Shown here one piece after another: positions 20,400-29,124 of a stretch of DNA of 55,601 bases; the first letter of the stretch is position 1, and every line of letters starts with the position of its first letter. Origin of the DNA: a virus (lineage: Duplodnaviria; Caudoviricetes); IMG/VR virus record IMGVR_UViG_3300048591_000469, positions 1 through 55,601 of that record; one strand, given 5' to 3'. Both the position numbers and the translations under genes were made by a program. The notes beneath the pieces are model-generated. The model saw only the letters and a program-made list of their open reading frames with translations, was not told where the DNA came from and made no database searches.

Positions 20400-20795
20400 C
20401 TAACCTCCCGCCGCGTAGGGCCAGAATACTTGGCCCGACGTTCGCTCGGGTTTCTCGGACTCGGGATGGTCGTCGTCGCCCGCCCGCTCCCGGCAGATCT
20501 TCAGTTGGCGGTCGTGCGATGCAACGCAAGCCCGGACCTCGGCGACGTCGACGATCAGCGACTGAACAAGCGGGCGCAGGTCGTCGACGGCAGACTTCTC
20601 TGCTGTCTCTTTTTCAAACGATGCAACCAGCGGCTCGAGCGACTCGTCGGTCGCCATAAAGGTCCGCAGCAGGGTCAGTTGCTCGTCGAGCAGACTGTTG
20701 ATGAAACCCGGTAAGACCCGGACGGCGAAGGCGAAGGCGCTTAATAGCCCTACCAGCAACCCGACCGTAAACGTGAATGCCGTTCGAATTCGCAT
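20400..20795 (-). CDS. Membrane-anchored hypothetical protein
   Basis: Start reassigned to MRIRTAF; N-terminal TM plus coiled coil. Confidence 0.55.
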   Translation of the reverse strand: MRIRTAFTFTVGLLVGLLSAFAFAVRVLPGFINSLLDEQLTLLRTFMATDESLEPLVASFEKETAEKSAVDDLRPLVQSLIVDVAEVRACVASHDRQLKICRERAGDDDHPESEKPERTSGQVFWPYAAGG

Positions 20796-20939
20796 GCGAT
20801 GTTCCCTTCGTAATTGTGGATTATGTCGACTTCCAACCCGGCGACCGGAAGGTCGGGAAAGACGTCTTTCCCGACCAGGTCCGGTATTTCCGGCCAATCT
20901 GCCTCAAAGACCGCCCGTTCCTCGGGCGTCAACGGCGCA

Positions 20940-21476
20940 TCACTCGGGGCGTCCGCCGACACTAAATAACGGCTTGCTGCCGAGTAGTGTAAGCCGTTGG
21001 GCGACGTCCGCCGCACTATGCCCATCGTATTGTTCGTTCCTTTCGATGATCGGGACCCAGGCGAGGACCTCCCACCAGGGAGCGTCGGGCATGTGGTAAG
21101 TGATCTGCCCGACGGGCAGGTTGATTCCGGCGATGAACCAGCCCGGGATTTCGACCCCGGCGTCGTCGAAGCGGGTCCGAAAGACCGGGTATAACGTGAC
21201 CGCCATGAGCGCCGCCATCAACGCATGGCGATGCTCGTATAGCTCGGTGAAGTTGTGGAACCCGTCGGAGATCGAGGCGGGATTTTCAATCGGATGGCAG
21301 ATTCGCAACGGCGACAGGTCGACCTCGATCTCCGGGTTGCCCTTGCGCCGCTTGGGCATCAGGACCCGCAGCCGTCGCCCGCCCTGGTCGATGACGCAGG
21401 GACCGACCTTCCCGTTCGCCTTCAAATTGATGATCGTGCTTTGTTCCATCAGCCGTCCGTACTTTGCGCCAGTCAT
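20940..21476 (-). CDS. Conserved phage protein (WDGH-type motif family)
   Basis: SDGFHNFTELYEHR...GWFIAGI...GQITYH...YDGHS motif series; start uncertain. Confidence 0.65.
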   Translation of the reverse strand: MTGAKYGRLMEQSTIINLKANGKVGPCVIDQGGRRLRVLMPKRRKGNPEIEVDLSPLRICHPIENPASISDGFHNFTELYEHRHALMAALMAVTLYPVFRTRFDDAGVEIPGWFIAGINLPVGQITYHMPDAPWWEVLAWVPIIERNEQYDGHSAADVAQRLTLLGSKPLFSVGGRPE

Positions 21477-21858
21477 CCTGTTCCTCCGGTGTCAATTCCC
21501 GCAACGGGACACAAATGCAATCGCTGCCGATAGCCCCGCAGCCCGGGCATACGTGGTCGTGGTCGCCCCACACAAACCAGGGTAGACCGAATTCCCGAAT
21601 CAGGTCCAGCGTCGTGATCTCGAGGCGCAGCGCCTTCGTCGGTTCCTCACGACTGCACAACTCTAGGAGCAAGTGAGCGTCGTGGCGGGACTGCTCCGGG
21701 TCGTCGCCCATCGGGATAACGGGCAGGGACCGGGCGATGGTGAGCGCCCGATCTTCCCGTCCCGCCGTGCTAACGATGTACCAGTACAACTCCCCGAGCG
21801 TCCCCTCCTGCTTGGCACGCTCGAGGATTTTCATTTGCCAGCTACGGTTGACCGCCAT
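21286..21858 (-). CDS. Hypothetical protein with Cys cluster
   Basis: MAVNRSW start overlaps the upstream stop; CPGC...CIC. The 3' end overlaps the next ORF by ~190 bp. Confidence 0.45.
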   Translation of the reverse strand: MAVNRSWQMKILERAKQEGTLGELYWYIVSTAGREDRALTIARSLPVIPMGDDPEQSRHDAHLLLELCSREEPTKALRLEITTLDLIREFGLPWFVWGDHDHVCPGCGAIGSDCICVPLRELTPEEQDDWRKVRTADGTKHDHQFEGEREGRSLRHRPGRATAAGPDAQAAQGQPGDRGRPVAVANLPSD

Positions 21859-22154
21859 CAGCCCTCCGACACGGCGACCGGCGCTTGGCGCTTGGTCGCA
21901 TAATATGCGGCGACGTACTCGGGCGACTTGCCGAACATGTCGCCCGGGTCCGCACGGCGGGCATTGTCCCGTTCGGCTTTGTCCGCTGCCAGCATCTGGG
22001 CTTTCCACCACAACTCGACGACGTGGTCGAAGGTGACGCCCTGCAGCCAGCCGTTGACCGCCGCCCATTCGCTCTGGTTGTGCGCCCAGGTTTGCATCCA
22101 GCGGGTTAGGTCGACCGCCGGTTCGGGCGCTTTTTTAGTGGCTCTTTTCGCCAT
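21858..22154 (-). CDS. Hypothetical protein
   Basis: 98 aa, tightly coupled within the leftward operon. Confidence 0.55.
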   Translation of the reverse strand: MAKRATKKAPEPAVDLTRWMQTWAHNQSEWAAVNGWLQGVTFDHVVELWWKAQMLAADKAERDNARRADPGDMFGKSPEYVAAYYATKRQAPVAVSEG

Positions 22155-22572
22155 CGCCCTGCGCCTTCGCTTCCTCGGTAAGGTCCCACAACTTGACCTT
22201 GATCCTGGGTCGATCCAGCATCACGGTTCCCGCCGGGACGAAATTCGACCTGTAGACCCGCAACACTTGCTGGACCGCTTGGTAGCTGATGCCGACCACT
22301 TCCGCCATTTGGCGCATGGTCAACGGTCCTTTTTCCAAGATGGCGGATCGAATCCGCTTGTAGCCGACGCCCCGCGCTCGGTCGGGCAACGGTCCCGGGT
22401 CGACGCTCTTCAGGAACTCATCCGGGTCGGCGGGCTTGACGGGTTCCTGGCGACCCAGGTCGACCAGCGTCACCCATCGCCATTGACGGGTGCACCAGTC
22501 GTAAATTTGCCCGCGTCGGGTCTTGCCCGTCGTGCGGTTGTAGTCGGCGTCCGCTTCGGCGAGGTTGGTCAT
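22135..22572 (-). CDS. HTH DNA-binding protein
   Basis: LTMRQMAEVVGISYQAVQQVL helix-turn-helix. Confidence 0.65.
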   Translation of the reverse strand: MTNLAEADADYNRTTGKTRRGQIYDWCTRQWRWVTLVDLGRQEPVKPADPDEFLKSVDPGPLPDRARGVGYKRIRSAILEKGPLTMRQMAEVVGISYQAVQQVLRVYRSNFVPAGTVMLDRPRIKVKLWDLTEEAKAQGDGEKSH

Positions 22573-22985
22573 TTGCCCGCCTTCCGGATGGCGACGCCGG
22601 GTTCGCCTTCCTTGCGAAACGCAAATAACTCGGGATGGTGCATCGCGAAACCGCACAACCCCGAATCGTCCCAGGAGATGCGACCCTTCGTGTAAACGGC
22701 TTGAAGGCGGGACCCCTTCACGGTTTGACCATGTGTCGTGATGCCCACGCGAATCGCCGTTCCAACCTCCGCAATGCGGGACTGGACCTCGTCGATCTTC
22801 GGTGCGAACTCCAACTCGATGACGGCAAGCTCCGCCCGCACTTCGAGCGGGATCGCCTGGTCCCGGGTGGCTTCCTTGTGCATTATCAAAACGTCGAGGG
22901 CGCTTTGCAATTCAGCCAGTTGGTCGAGCAGGAAGCGTAGGGATTCCTCAAGTGAAACGGGCGCAGGTTGCGTTGGTGCAAACAT
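22569..22985 (-). CDS. Coiled-coil protein, Mu Gam/gp157-like architecture
   Basis: Coiled coil followed by a beta region GRISWD...L...HPEL..FRKEGEP; family assignment tentative. Confidence 0.5.
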   Translation of the reverse strand: MFAPTQPAPVSLEESLRFLLDQLAELQSALDVLIMHKEATRDQAIPLEVRAELAVIELEFAPKIDEVQSRIAEVGTAIRVGITTHGQTVKGSRLQAVYTKGRISWDDSGLCGFAMHHPELFAFRKEGEPGVAIRKAGK

Positions 22986-23040
22986 AAACTGCCTTTCTGT
23001 CCCGATACAACGCCTCGGGACCGGGCGAATTGAAAGCGGG

Positions 23041-23652
23041 TTACTTGATCGTCGGTGGCACGATGGGACCCCACCAGCGATCCCAGGTATTTCCCTCAAC
23101 CGGCAGGGGCGGCGAGAAGTCCGTTCGGCACAACTGCCCTTCGTACTTTCTGACCTCGCAGACCCGGGGTTCGGCGGGTTCGTAGCGGGTATCCTTGCGC
23201 CAATAGAAGCCCGGTTTCCAGGGCGCTTCCGCCTCGCCGTTGCGGTGCGAATAGGCGGGCGCAGGGGCGGGTTCGGCGATGGTGCGGCGCAATTCTACAT
23301 GGTGCGCCTTAACCGTGCGCCCGCCGCCCTTGTCGAGGATTCGCAAGACGACGGTCGGCGTCCGCCATGCTTTGGAGATGTATGCGACGGCTTCCCGTTC
23401 GCTGCACGGTTCCCAAGTCGACGCCCCGATGTAACGCTTCTGGTAGGGTTCGATGCGGGGCGTCCAGTCGTTGTCGGTCGGCTCGGTCGCCCGCACGGCA
23501 AAATTGATGCCCGGGGCGGTCTTGCCTTCGTCGACGAGCGCCATGATGCCGTCCGGGTCCCGGTAGGTTTCGGCCAAGATAGACATGACCTCTTCGCGCG
23601 TGGCAGAAATCCATTCGTCGGTCATCACAGGGCGAATTTCGTACTTAGGCAT
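23041..23652 (-). CDS. Hypothetical protein
   Basis: GGAGG SD; 203 aa with two weakly similar internal units (W...TREEV/W...SEREA). Confidence 0.6.
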   Translation of the reverse strand: MPKYEIRPVMTDEWISATREEVMSILAETYRDPDGIMALVDEGKTAPGINFAVRATEPTDNDWTPRIEPYQKRYIGASTWEPCSEREAVAYISKAWRTPTVVLRILDKGGGRTVKAHHVELRRTIAEPAPAPAYSHRNGEAEAPWKPGFYWRKDTRYEPAEPRVCEVRKYEGQLCRTDFSPPLPVEGNTWDRWWGPIVPPTIK

Positions 23653-24568
23653 GGGTTATTCCTCCGTTGTGGTAGCGTTCGATCTCACGGTCGGGCAATT
23701 GATAGACCTTCTTCGGTGCGGGCTGGTCGGCGTAGGCCAAGCCGCGCAGGTGTGACGTGACCCAAATGCGCCGCCCGTCCCGGATGCGCCGGAAATGGCC
23801 GCGCACGGCGAAACAATGGCTGACGTGACGCCCGGTCGGCGCATCGGGTCGGTATTCGGTCCCGTTGTGCGTTTTGCGGATGGTGCAGGTGTAGTATTCG
23901 GGCAACGGGCGCTTGCCCTTGCGGACCCGCTTCTCGTTGACCCGCCGGTCGGCTTCGTGGCGTTCCAGGTCGACGTTCTCGGCGTTGAGGAAGGCGATGA
24001 TCGCCAGCCCCAACCGCTGCAGCCGCTGCTTGTTGGCGTCGTCGCTGCCCTTGAGCTTGCGGGTCCCTGCGTGCCACGCGACCCGATTCACCGTCTTGGA
24101 CGTGAACCAGGCGATGACCGTGATCTGGCGGTCGTTGACCGCCGGGTCGTGATCCTCGGCCAGGAGCAGGGCGGCGACCTGGTCCTTGCCGATGTAGCGG
24201 GTCCCGTCGCCGGTGTAGGGTTCCTCGAACGCCATGACCTCGCCCTCGTCGATGGGGCGGGAAAATTGGATGCAAATGTCCGGGAACGGCAACCGGACCT
24301 CGACGTCAAGCCCGATGGTCTTGGCGGCGTTGACTAGCTGCAGCGCCGTCTCCGCCGCAACCAGGATGGTTTGCGATTGGTGCGCGATGGTTCCGGCGGC
24401 GTATACGTCCTTGAGGCGGGGCGGAATGTCCTCGCCCGGGCGGTCGGGAACGTTGCTGTAATAGGTCCCGTCCGGGCGGGCAAAGACTCGCCCGCCCCGG
24501 GTGACGATCTCTTCGGCGAGGTAGGTGTCAGCCGCCGCATGTTCGATGTCGCGTGATACTAGGTGCAT
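23645..24568 (-). CDS. Conserved phage protein with a C-terminal VRGHFR...W..SHLRG motif
   Basis: 307 aa; basic His-rich C-terminal motif. Confidence 0.65.
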   Translation of the reverse strand: MHLVSRDIEHAAADTYLAEEIVTRGGRVFARPDGTYYSNVPDRPGEDIPPRLKDVYAAGTIAHQSQTILVAAETALQLVNAAKTIGLDVEVRLPFPDICIQFSRPIDEGEVMAFEEPYTGDGTRYIGKDQVAALLLAEDHDPAVNDRQITVIAWFTSKTVNRVAWHAGTRKLKGSDDANKQRLQRLGLAIIAFLNAENVDLERHEADRRVNEKRVRKGKRPLPEYYTCTIRKTHNGTEYRPDAPTGRHVSHCFAVRGHFRRIRDGRRIWVTSHLRGLAYADQPAPKKVYQLPDREIERYHNGGITHA

Positions 24569-24580
24569 TGGTCGCTTTCC

Positions 24581-25831
24581 CTACGCGAAGGTTTGACGGT
24601 GGCGCTCTTGCTCGACCGCCAGCACGCTATACAGGACCGCCCGCATTTGGCGGGCATCCAGCCAATGTTCGGTGACGGGTCGCCCGTTGAGGGCGGAAAC
24701 CAGCGAATACACATAACGATTCTGGTTGCCGGTACGTACGGCGACGGCGCTGATCTTGAGCTTTGGCCCGCCCGTCATGGATGCGATGCCGTCGAGCATC
24801 GTAGCAAATTCGCGCATCTGCTTCTCGTTCACGTTCATCTCCCTGTGGTCTGTGGTGGCGACCTGACGGGCGTAGGAACCCGCAGGTCGCCGTAGAAGGT
24901 CCGTACTAGGCTCGGGCGTCGACGGCGGTCGCCGGGGCGTCCTGTGGGCTGGCGTCGAAGGGTGGAACGCCCCGCTCGACCATGCCGTCGTAAATCTTGA
25001 TCGCCGCCCGGATGGCTTCGGCGTCGGTGTTGACGTCGCGCAGGACCCATTCCTCGGTGCTATGTTCGCCGGTGAGGGTCCGACATACGTCGACCTGGAC
25101 CAGGTATAAACGGTTGCCGACGTTCGGCGATGGCAGGTAAACCCGGGTCAACGTAACCTGACCCCTGACGCCCCTCGCCAGCCAACACTTCTCGTTGTAG
25201 GCGATATGGGGCGCAATTGCCCGCCGCTCAGACAGGTTGTCGCTCATGGGTTCCCTCCGCTAAAAGATGCTTGGCGTAACAAAATGGGCAAAGGTCGAGA
25301 CGTCGTCTCTTTGGTCCCGGGACCCGATTCCAGCCGTACTTTTCGGCTTCGGCGCGTGCGCCTTTGACGGTCCCGCCGCCGCTCATGAAACGATGGCTGC
25401 AGCGGTCGCACTGGATGGAGTAAACTCCCGCTCGAATCGTCACTTAGCGCCCGCCCTTGCCGGTGTCGACATGCTCACGGCAAACTTCCTCGCCGCCGTC
25501 GAGACACATCCAACCCGTCTCGAGGGTCGCCCCGCAGATCGAGCAGGTCCCGGGTTCCTGGTCGGCGAAGGCGTCGACGTCGAACTCGACCCAAACCGCT
25601 TTGCTCCCGGCTTCCGTCCCATGCTTGCGGGCGATTCCGCCCACAGCGACCAGTTTAATTTTGTCGCCCACGACTAACCTCCTCTTGTTTGTTGGCTTCG
25701 AATTCGGCGTCGGCGTTACACGCTGCCCACCAGCCCCGACGCTCGTCCGGGTCGGTGACTTCGGCGACCGGAACTCGCAGGTCGTATTTGGTCATTCCCC
25801 GTAGATAAGCCGAGAACTTTTGTGCGGTCAT
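24581..25831 (-). CDS. Run of five small early genes (24581-24838, 24906-25247, 25228-25443, 25444-25671, 25655-25831)
   Basis: Closely packed ORFs with GGAG/GAGG SDs; two have CxxC pairs (zinc-binding). Confidence 0.55.
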
Positions 25832-25856
25832 GTCGCCCCTCCGTGCGCTTGGCGTA

Positions 25857-25904
25857 GTAAATACTTGCAAAGCCTAGTATATACCCGTATTTACAGGGCG
25901 TCAA
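25857..25904 (-). promoter_or_regulatory. Leftward early promoter with GTAWWTAC boxes
   Basis: TTGACG-17 nt-TATACT on the - strand; boxes at 25857, 25877 and 25887. Confidence 0.8.
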
Positions 25905-26024
25905 GTTTGCTTTGGGCGAATACGCGCACGGTCGGCGGGCGCGACGAAACCGCCGCCCGGGTCCTTGTGCGGACCTTCTTAGGCGCGGCGCGGCGTCACC
26001 GGCTCACGCCGATATGTACTTGTA

Positions 26025-26054
26025 TTGACACGGATGAGGGGAGTGTGATAGTCT
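26025..26054 (+). promoter_or_regulatory. Rightward promoter for the regulator gene
   Basis: TTGACA-18 nt-TAGTCT with a TGn extension. Confidence 0.6.
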
Positions 26055-26095
26055 AGGGGTGTAAGATTTTCAACCCAAGAAAGGGGGAGGGAACA

Positions 26096-26362
26096 TTGGC
26101 TACAGTTGCACCCAGGCGGTCGTTGTCGACGTATAGCTTGGAACCCGAGTATCAAGAGCTTTTCGAGCGCATCGTCGACTTGACCCGTCGGTCCAAGACC
26201 GACGAATTGCGGGTCATGCTCGACGCCCGGGCGTCGGCATTGGGTCTGGAACCCATCAGGAGTGTAGACCCAAAACATTCAGCCTCGGCTCCCATCGGAG
26301 TGATGCCGGTCTTGTCACCCATCGCGAGCGGCGCGTTGCCGCGGCGGGTGACGACTAACTAG
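26096..26362 (+). CDS. Putative ribbon-helix-helix regulator (candidate repressor)
   Basis: STYSLEPEYQELFERIVDLTRRSKTDELRVML fits an RHH pattern; TTG start after GGAGG; divergent from the early operon. Confidence 0.55.
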   Translation: MATVAPRRSLSTYSLEPEYQELFERIVDLTRRSKTDELRVMLDARASALGLEPIRSVDPKHSASAPIGVMPVLSPIASGALPRRVTTN

Positions 26363-26572
26363 GCATTGGAGTCGGGGCAAAACAAAGGGACCCCGACACG
26401 AAGCCGAAGTCCCTCTGGGGCGGTCACGGTTGGAAGGTGAGAGAGCTAACCGTGACCACGTATCAACTTAGATGATCTACCTGTTGGTTTCTCCTTGTGG
26501 TGAGTGAATGTTGGGTTGGGTGACGGGGATGAGCGTGCAGCCGCTTGTCCCCGTCGTCATTTTCAAACAGTG

Positions 26573-26645
26573 TACGCCCGAGAGGATTTGAACCTCTGAC
26601 CTCCACCTCCGCAGGGTGGCGTTCTATCCGCTGAACTACGGGCGC
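26573..26645 (-). tRNA. tRNA-Arg, anticodon GCG (no encoded CCA); candidate attP
   Basis: 73-nt cloverleaf: acceptor GCGCCCG/CGGGCGT, D-arm GTTC/GAAC, anticodon arm CCACC-CTGCGGA-GGTGG, T-arm AGAGG-TTCAAAT-CCTCT. Confidence 0.95.
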
Positions 26646-26750
26646 TTGATACCAGTTGGTCTTTGGGTCTGAGCGGTATTCCGCAGATAGCAGTCAAACG
26701 GTCACAAACCCGCCTGGGGAAGTGACCGTTCAACGGCGCAAGCGGGGTTA

Positions 26751-27746
26751 CTAGCCCAACCCGGGGACGAAGACGTCGTCTAACGGGGAAACGTAATGCT
26801 TCAGCAGGTCGTCGGTGTTCAGCACAACATAATGCTCGCGGGTGATCGTGCGGGCGCTATGCCCAAGTTGCATCTCCAGCAACGTTTCGGCCAGCCCGTC
26901 GTGCGCCTTGCAATGCCGCATCCAGTGGGTTGCGAACGTGCGGCGCAGGTCGTGGGCGGCAAACTCGATGCCGGTGATCTCCGACAACCTCGCCAGCATC
27001 TTGGCGATGCCGGTATTCGTGATGTCAAAGACCGGGCGGTCGTCGTCTACCGGGTTGATGACCCGCATCAACTGCAGGAGCTTGCCCGTCTTGGGTCCAA
27101 AGACGACCGAGCGCCGTTTATCAACCTCGAGGTAGCCCTTCACCCGGGGCAGCGAAGCGACCCCATACCAGTTGGGGTGCAGGTCGATGTCCCGCCAGCG
27201 AACATGGGCGCATTCGATACGGCGAACCCCGGTGTCGAGCAGGAACGCCAGGATCGCCATGTTCCTGACCTTGTTCCCGCCCTGGATTTTCAACATCAAC
27301 GACGTAAGGTCCTGCCCGGTCAACGTGCGCTGGCGAGGTCCGCCCCGTTGTGGAACGGGCAGCCAGTTGGACAGGTCGACGGGACTGCGCCCGGTCCGGT
27401 ACGCCCACCGAAACATCTGGCGGACCCGGCGGGCGTAGTCATGCTGCGTATTGAGCGCCAAGTCGGATTCCATCAAGTCGTTGGTGTAGTCCTCGAGCAA
27501 TTCGGCGGTGATCGACCAGCCGACGTCCGGCCCGGTATCCTCCCACCATTCGAAGAAGCGGCTCAGTTGAAACGTATAGGCGCGAATTGTTTCGGGCGAC
27601 CGACGACGAATCGCCAGGTCGGCCAAATAGACCTCCCGCAGTTTGGACAATACGGAAGCATCGACGGAATCCTGGCGACGCTCAAGCGTCATTTGCATCT
27701 CTTGCTCAATTCTATAGGGCGACAATGTAAGGGAGGCTGAAGCCAC
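26751..27746 (-). CDS. int: Tyrosine recombinase/integrase
   Basis: LLDTGVRRIE (R), HDLRRTFAT (HxxR), QLGH and HY catalytic motifs; adjacent to the tRNA. Confidence 0.92.
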   Translation of the reverse strand: MASASLTLSPYRIEQEMQMTLERRQDSVDASVLSKLREVYLADLAIRRRSPETIRAYTFQLSRFFEWWEDTGPDVGWSITAELLEDYTNDLMESDLALNTQHDYARRVRQMFRWAYRTGRSPVDLSNWLPVPQRGGPRQRTLTGQDLTSLMLKIQGGNKVRNMAILAFLLDTGVRRIECAHVRWRDIDLHPNWYGVASLPRVKGYLEVDKRRSVVFGPKTGKLLQLMRVINPVDDDRPVFDITNTGIAKMLARLSEITGIEFAAHDLRRTFATHWMRHCKAHDGLAETLLEMQLGHSARTITREHYVVLNTDDLLKHYVSPLDDVFVPGLG

Positions 27747-27941
27747 GATTTGACTCCTATTCTATGTACGTAAAATACCGCATCGCCGCTACGGGTCGGT
27801 CATCACTATTTTGTGGGACCTTCAACCCTACTTTGTTCACGTTGAGAGGGGATTTTTTGTATGACTGTGTCTAGTTTGCTCGTCCGACCGAGGAGCGTAT
27901 CTTGTGGTTATTACGCTACACGTCAAGAGGAAGGGAACGCA

Positions 27942-28169
27942 ATGGGCGACACAACACCTGAAGAGAAACTGAACAAGCGCCGTATCGCCGGGGCGTACAT
28001 TTGGCGGGAAAATACGGCAAACCTGCAACAGATCTGCGAGGAATTGGAAGAGCGCATCCTCGGGCTGATCGTCGGGTCGGGCGACGAGGCGCTGCGCCGT
28101 TCCCTACGTGAATGCCTGGACATGGCGAAAGCGGCGCAACGCCTCGCCGCACAACTGAAGGATTTTTAA
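27942..28169 (+). CDS. Small hypothetical protein
   Basis: GAGGAAGGG SD; 75 aa, helical; divergent from the integrase. Confidence 0.5.
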   Translation: MGDTTPEEKLNKRRIAGAYIWRENTANLQQICEELEERILGLIVGSGDEALRRSLRECLDMAKAAQRLAAQLKDF

Positions 28170-28245
28170 ACACCCACCGACGACTAACCTCAGCCCGTTC
28201 GTACGCGCGTCGACGGGTCGGGACCCCTCCCTGATCCGCCGACGC

Positions 28246-28839
28246 GCGAATGGTGAAATCGGGAATGAATGAAAGAATTTTAGACGCCATTTCACCATTC
28301 GTTTCGGCGATTTACACCTATAGACGAATGAACGAATGAATGAGTGAATGGGCATTATATATAGATATATATAGGGATTGGCCCGGGACCTAATGGGTTA
28401 CTAGACGGCGGGTCGGGCGAAGTGGTAGAATTCCTTCGCCGTTATTGAACCAATCAACCCTTTTCACATTCGGGGTTGCCTGGACGGTGAAACCAGTCGC
28501 AGCACAACTGAGAGAGTTTCTGACAAGGCGAGGGCGGGCGCGGAGGTATCTCCGACGTCCGCCCTTTGCGTTGATCGTGCGGGACCGACGACACGTCACT
28601 AGACTAGACTCGCGCTGCCCCGCAGGGCGGCGGCTACGCCGCCGGGGAGGGTACTAGCGTATTCATTCATTCATTCACTCGTTCGCTATAGGTGTAAATG
28701 GGCGATTTGAATGGTGAAATGACCCCGAAAATTCTTTCATTCGTTCGAGTTATCCCCAGATTCTAGCGAGTTATCCCCAGGTTATCCCCAATTTTGGCCC
28801 GAGTTATCCCCAATCGACGAAACCCATTTCACCATTCGC
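28246..28839. repeat. Symmetric inverted block array with iterons; candidate replication origin
   Basis: Arms 28267-28350 and 28660-28742 share exact inverted 15-, 13- and 14-bp blocks; GAAT runs; AT tract at 28354-28373; four TTATCCCCA copies. Confidence 0.8.
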
Positions 28840-29040
28840 CCGTTGCACCCCGAACCCCGCCGCAAAGGTCCGCACAAGGGACCCGTTGCGCCGGTCGCCG
28901 ACCCGCACCCGCCGACCCAGACACGGACCTTTACGGCGACCGGCGGGTCCCGTTTTTCAAACATGGGACCCTTGCGCCGACCCGCCCGACGGGCTAGACT
29001 GTACGTGTATGAACATGTGCCGATTCGAACATATTTGTAC

Positions 29041-29069
29041 TTGCGTGTATTTACAGACCGAGGTATAGT
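29041..29069 (+). promoter_or_regulatory. Promoter of the recombination operon
   Basis: TTGCGT-17 nt-TATAGT with GTATTTAC in the spacer. Confidence 0.75.
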
Positions 29070-29124
29070 GGGGTTGTAACAAAACGTTGCTTGGCCCGAC
29101 TACCAACTAAGAAAGGTTTTACAA

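Noticed and set aside
26796-27740. 314-aa + strand ORF antisense to the integrase, and similar long antisense ORFs (80-1222, 10672-11967, 12310-13599, 32896-33978, 51527-52789)
   Set aside because: Shadow ORFs expected from high-GC codon bias; no motifs or SDs.
28660-28812. Short repeats as a CRISPR array
   Set aside because: The repeats are 4-12 bp with no regular unique spacers, and there are no cas genes.
28246-28839. Inverted arms as a MITE/IS or a protelomerase telRL site
   Set aside because: The arms match only in blocks, there is no target duplication or transposase, and there is no perfect central palindrome or protelomerase.
29015-29040. LexA (GAAC-N4-GTTC) box
   Set aside because: Spacing and the second half-site do not fit well (GAAC-N6-GTAC), so it cannot be supported by eye.
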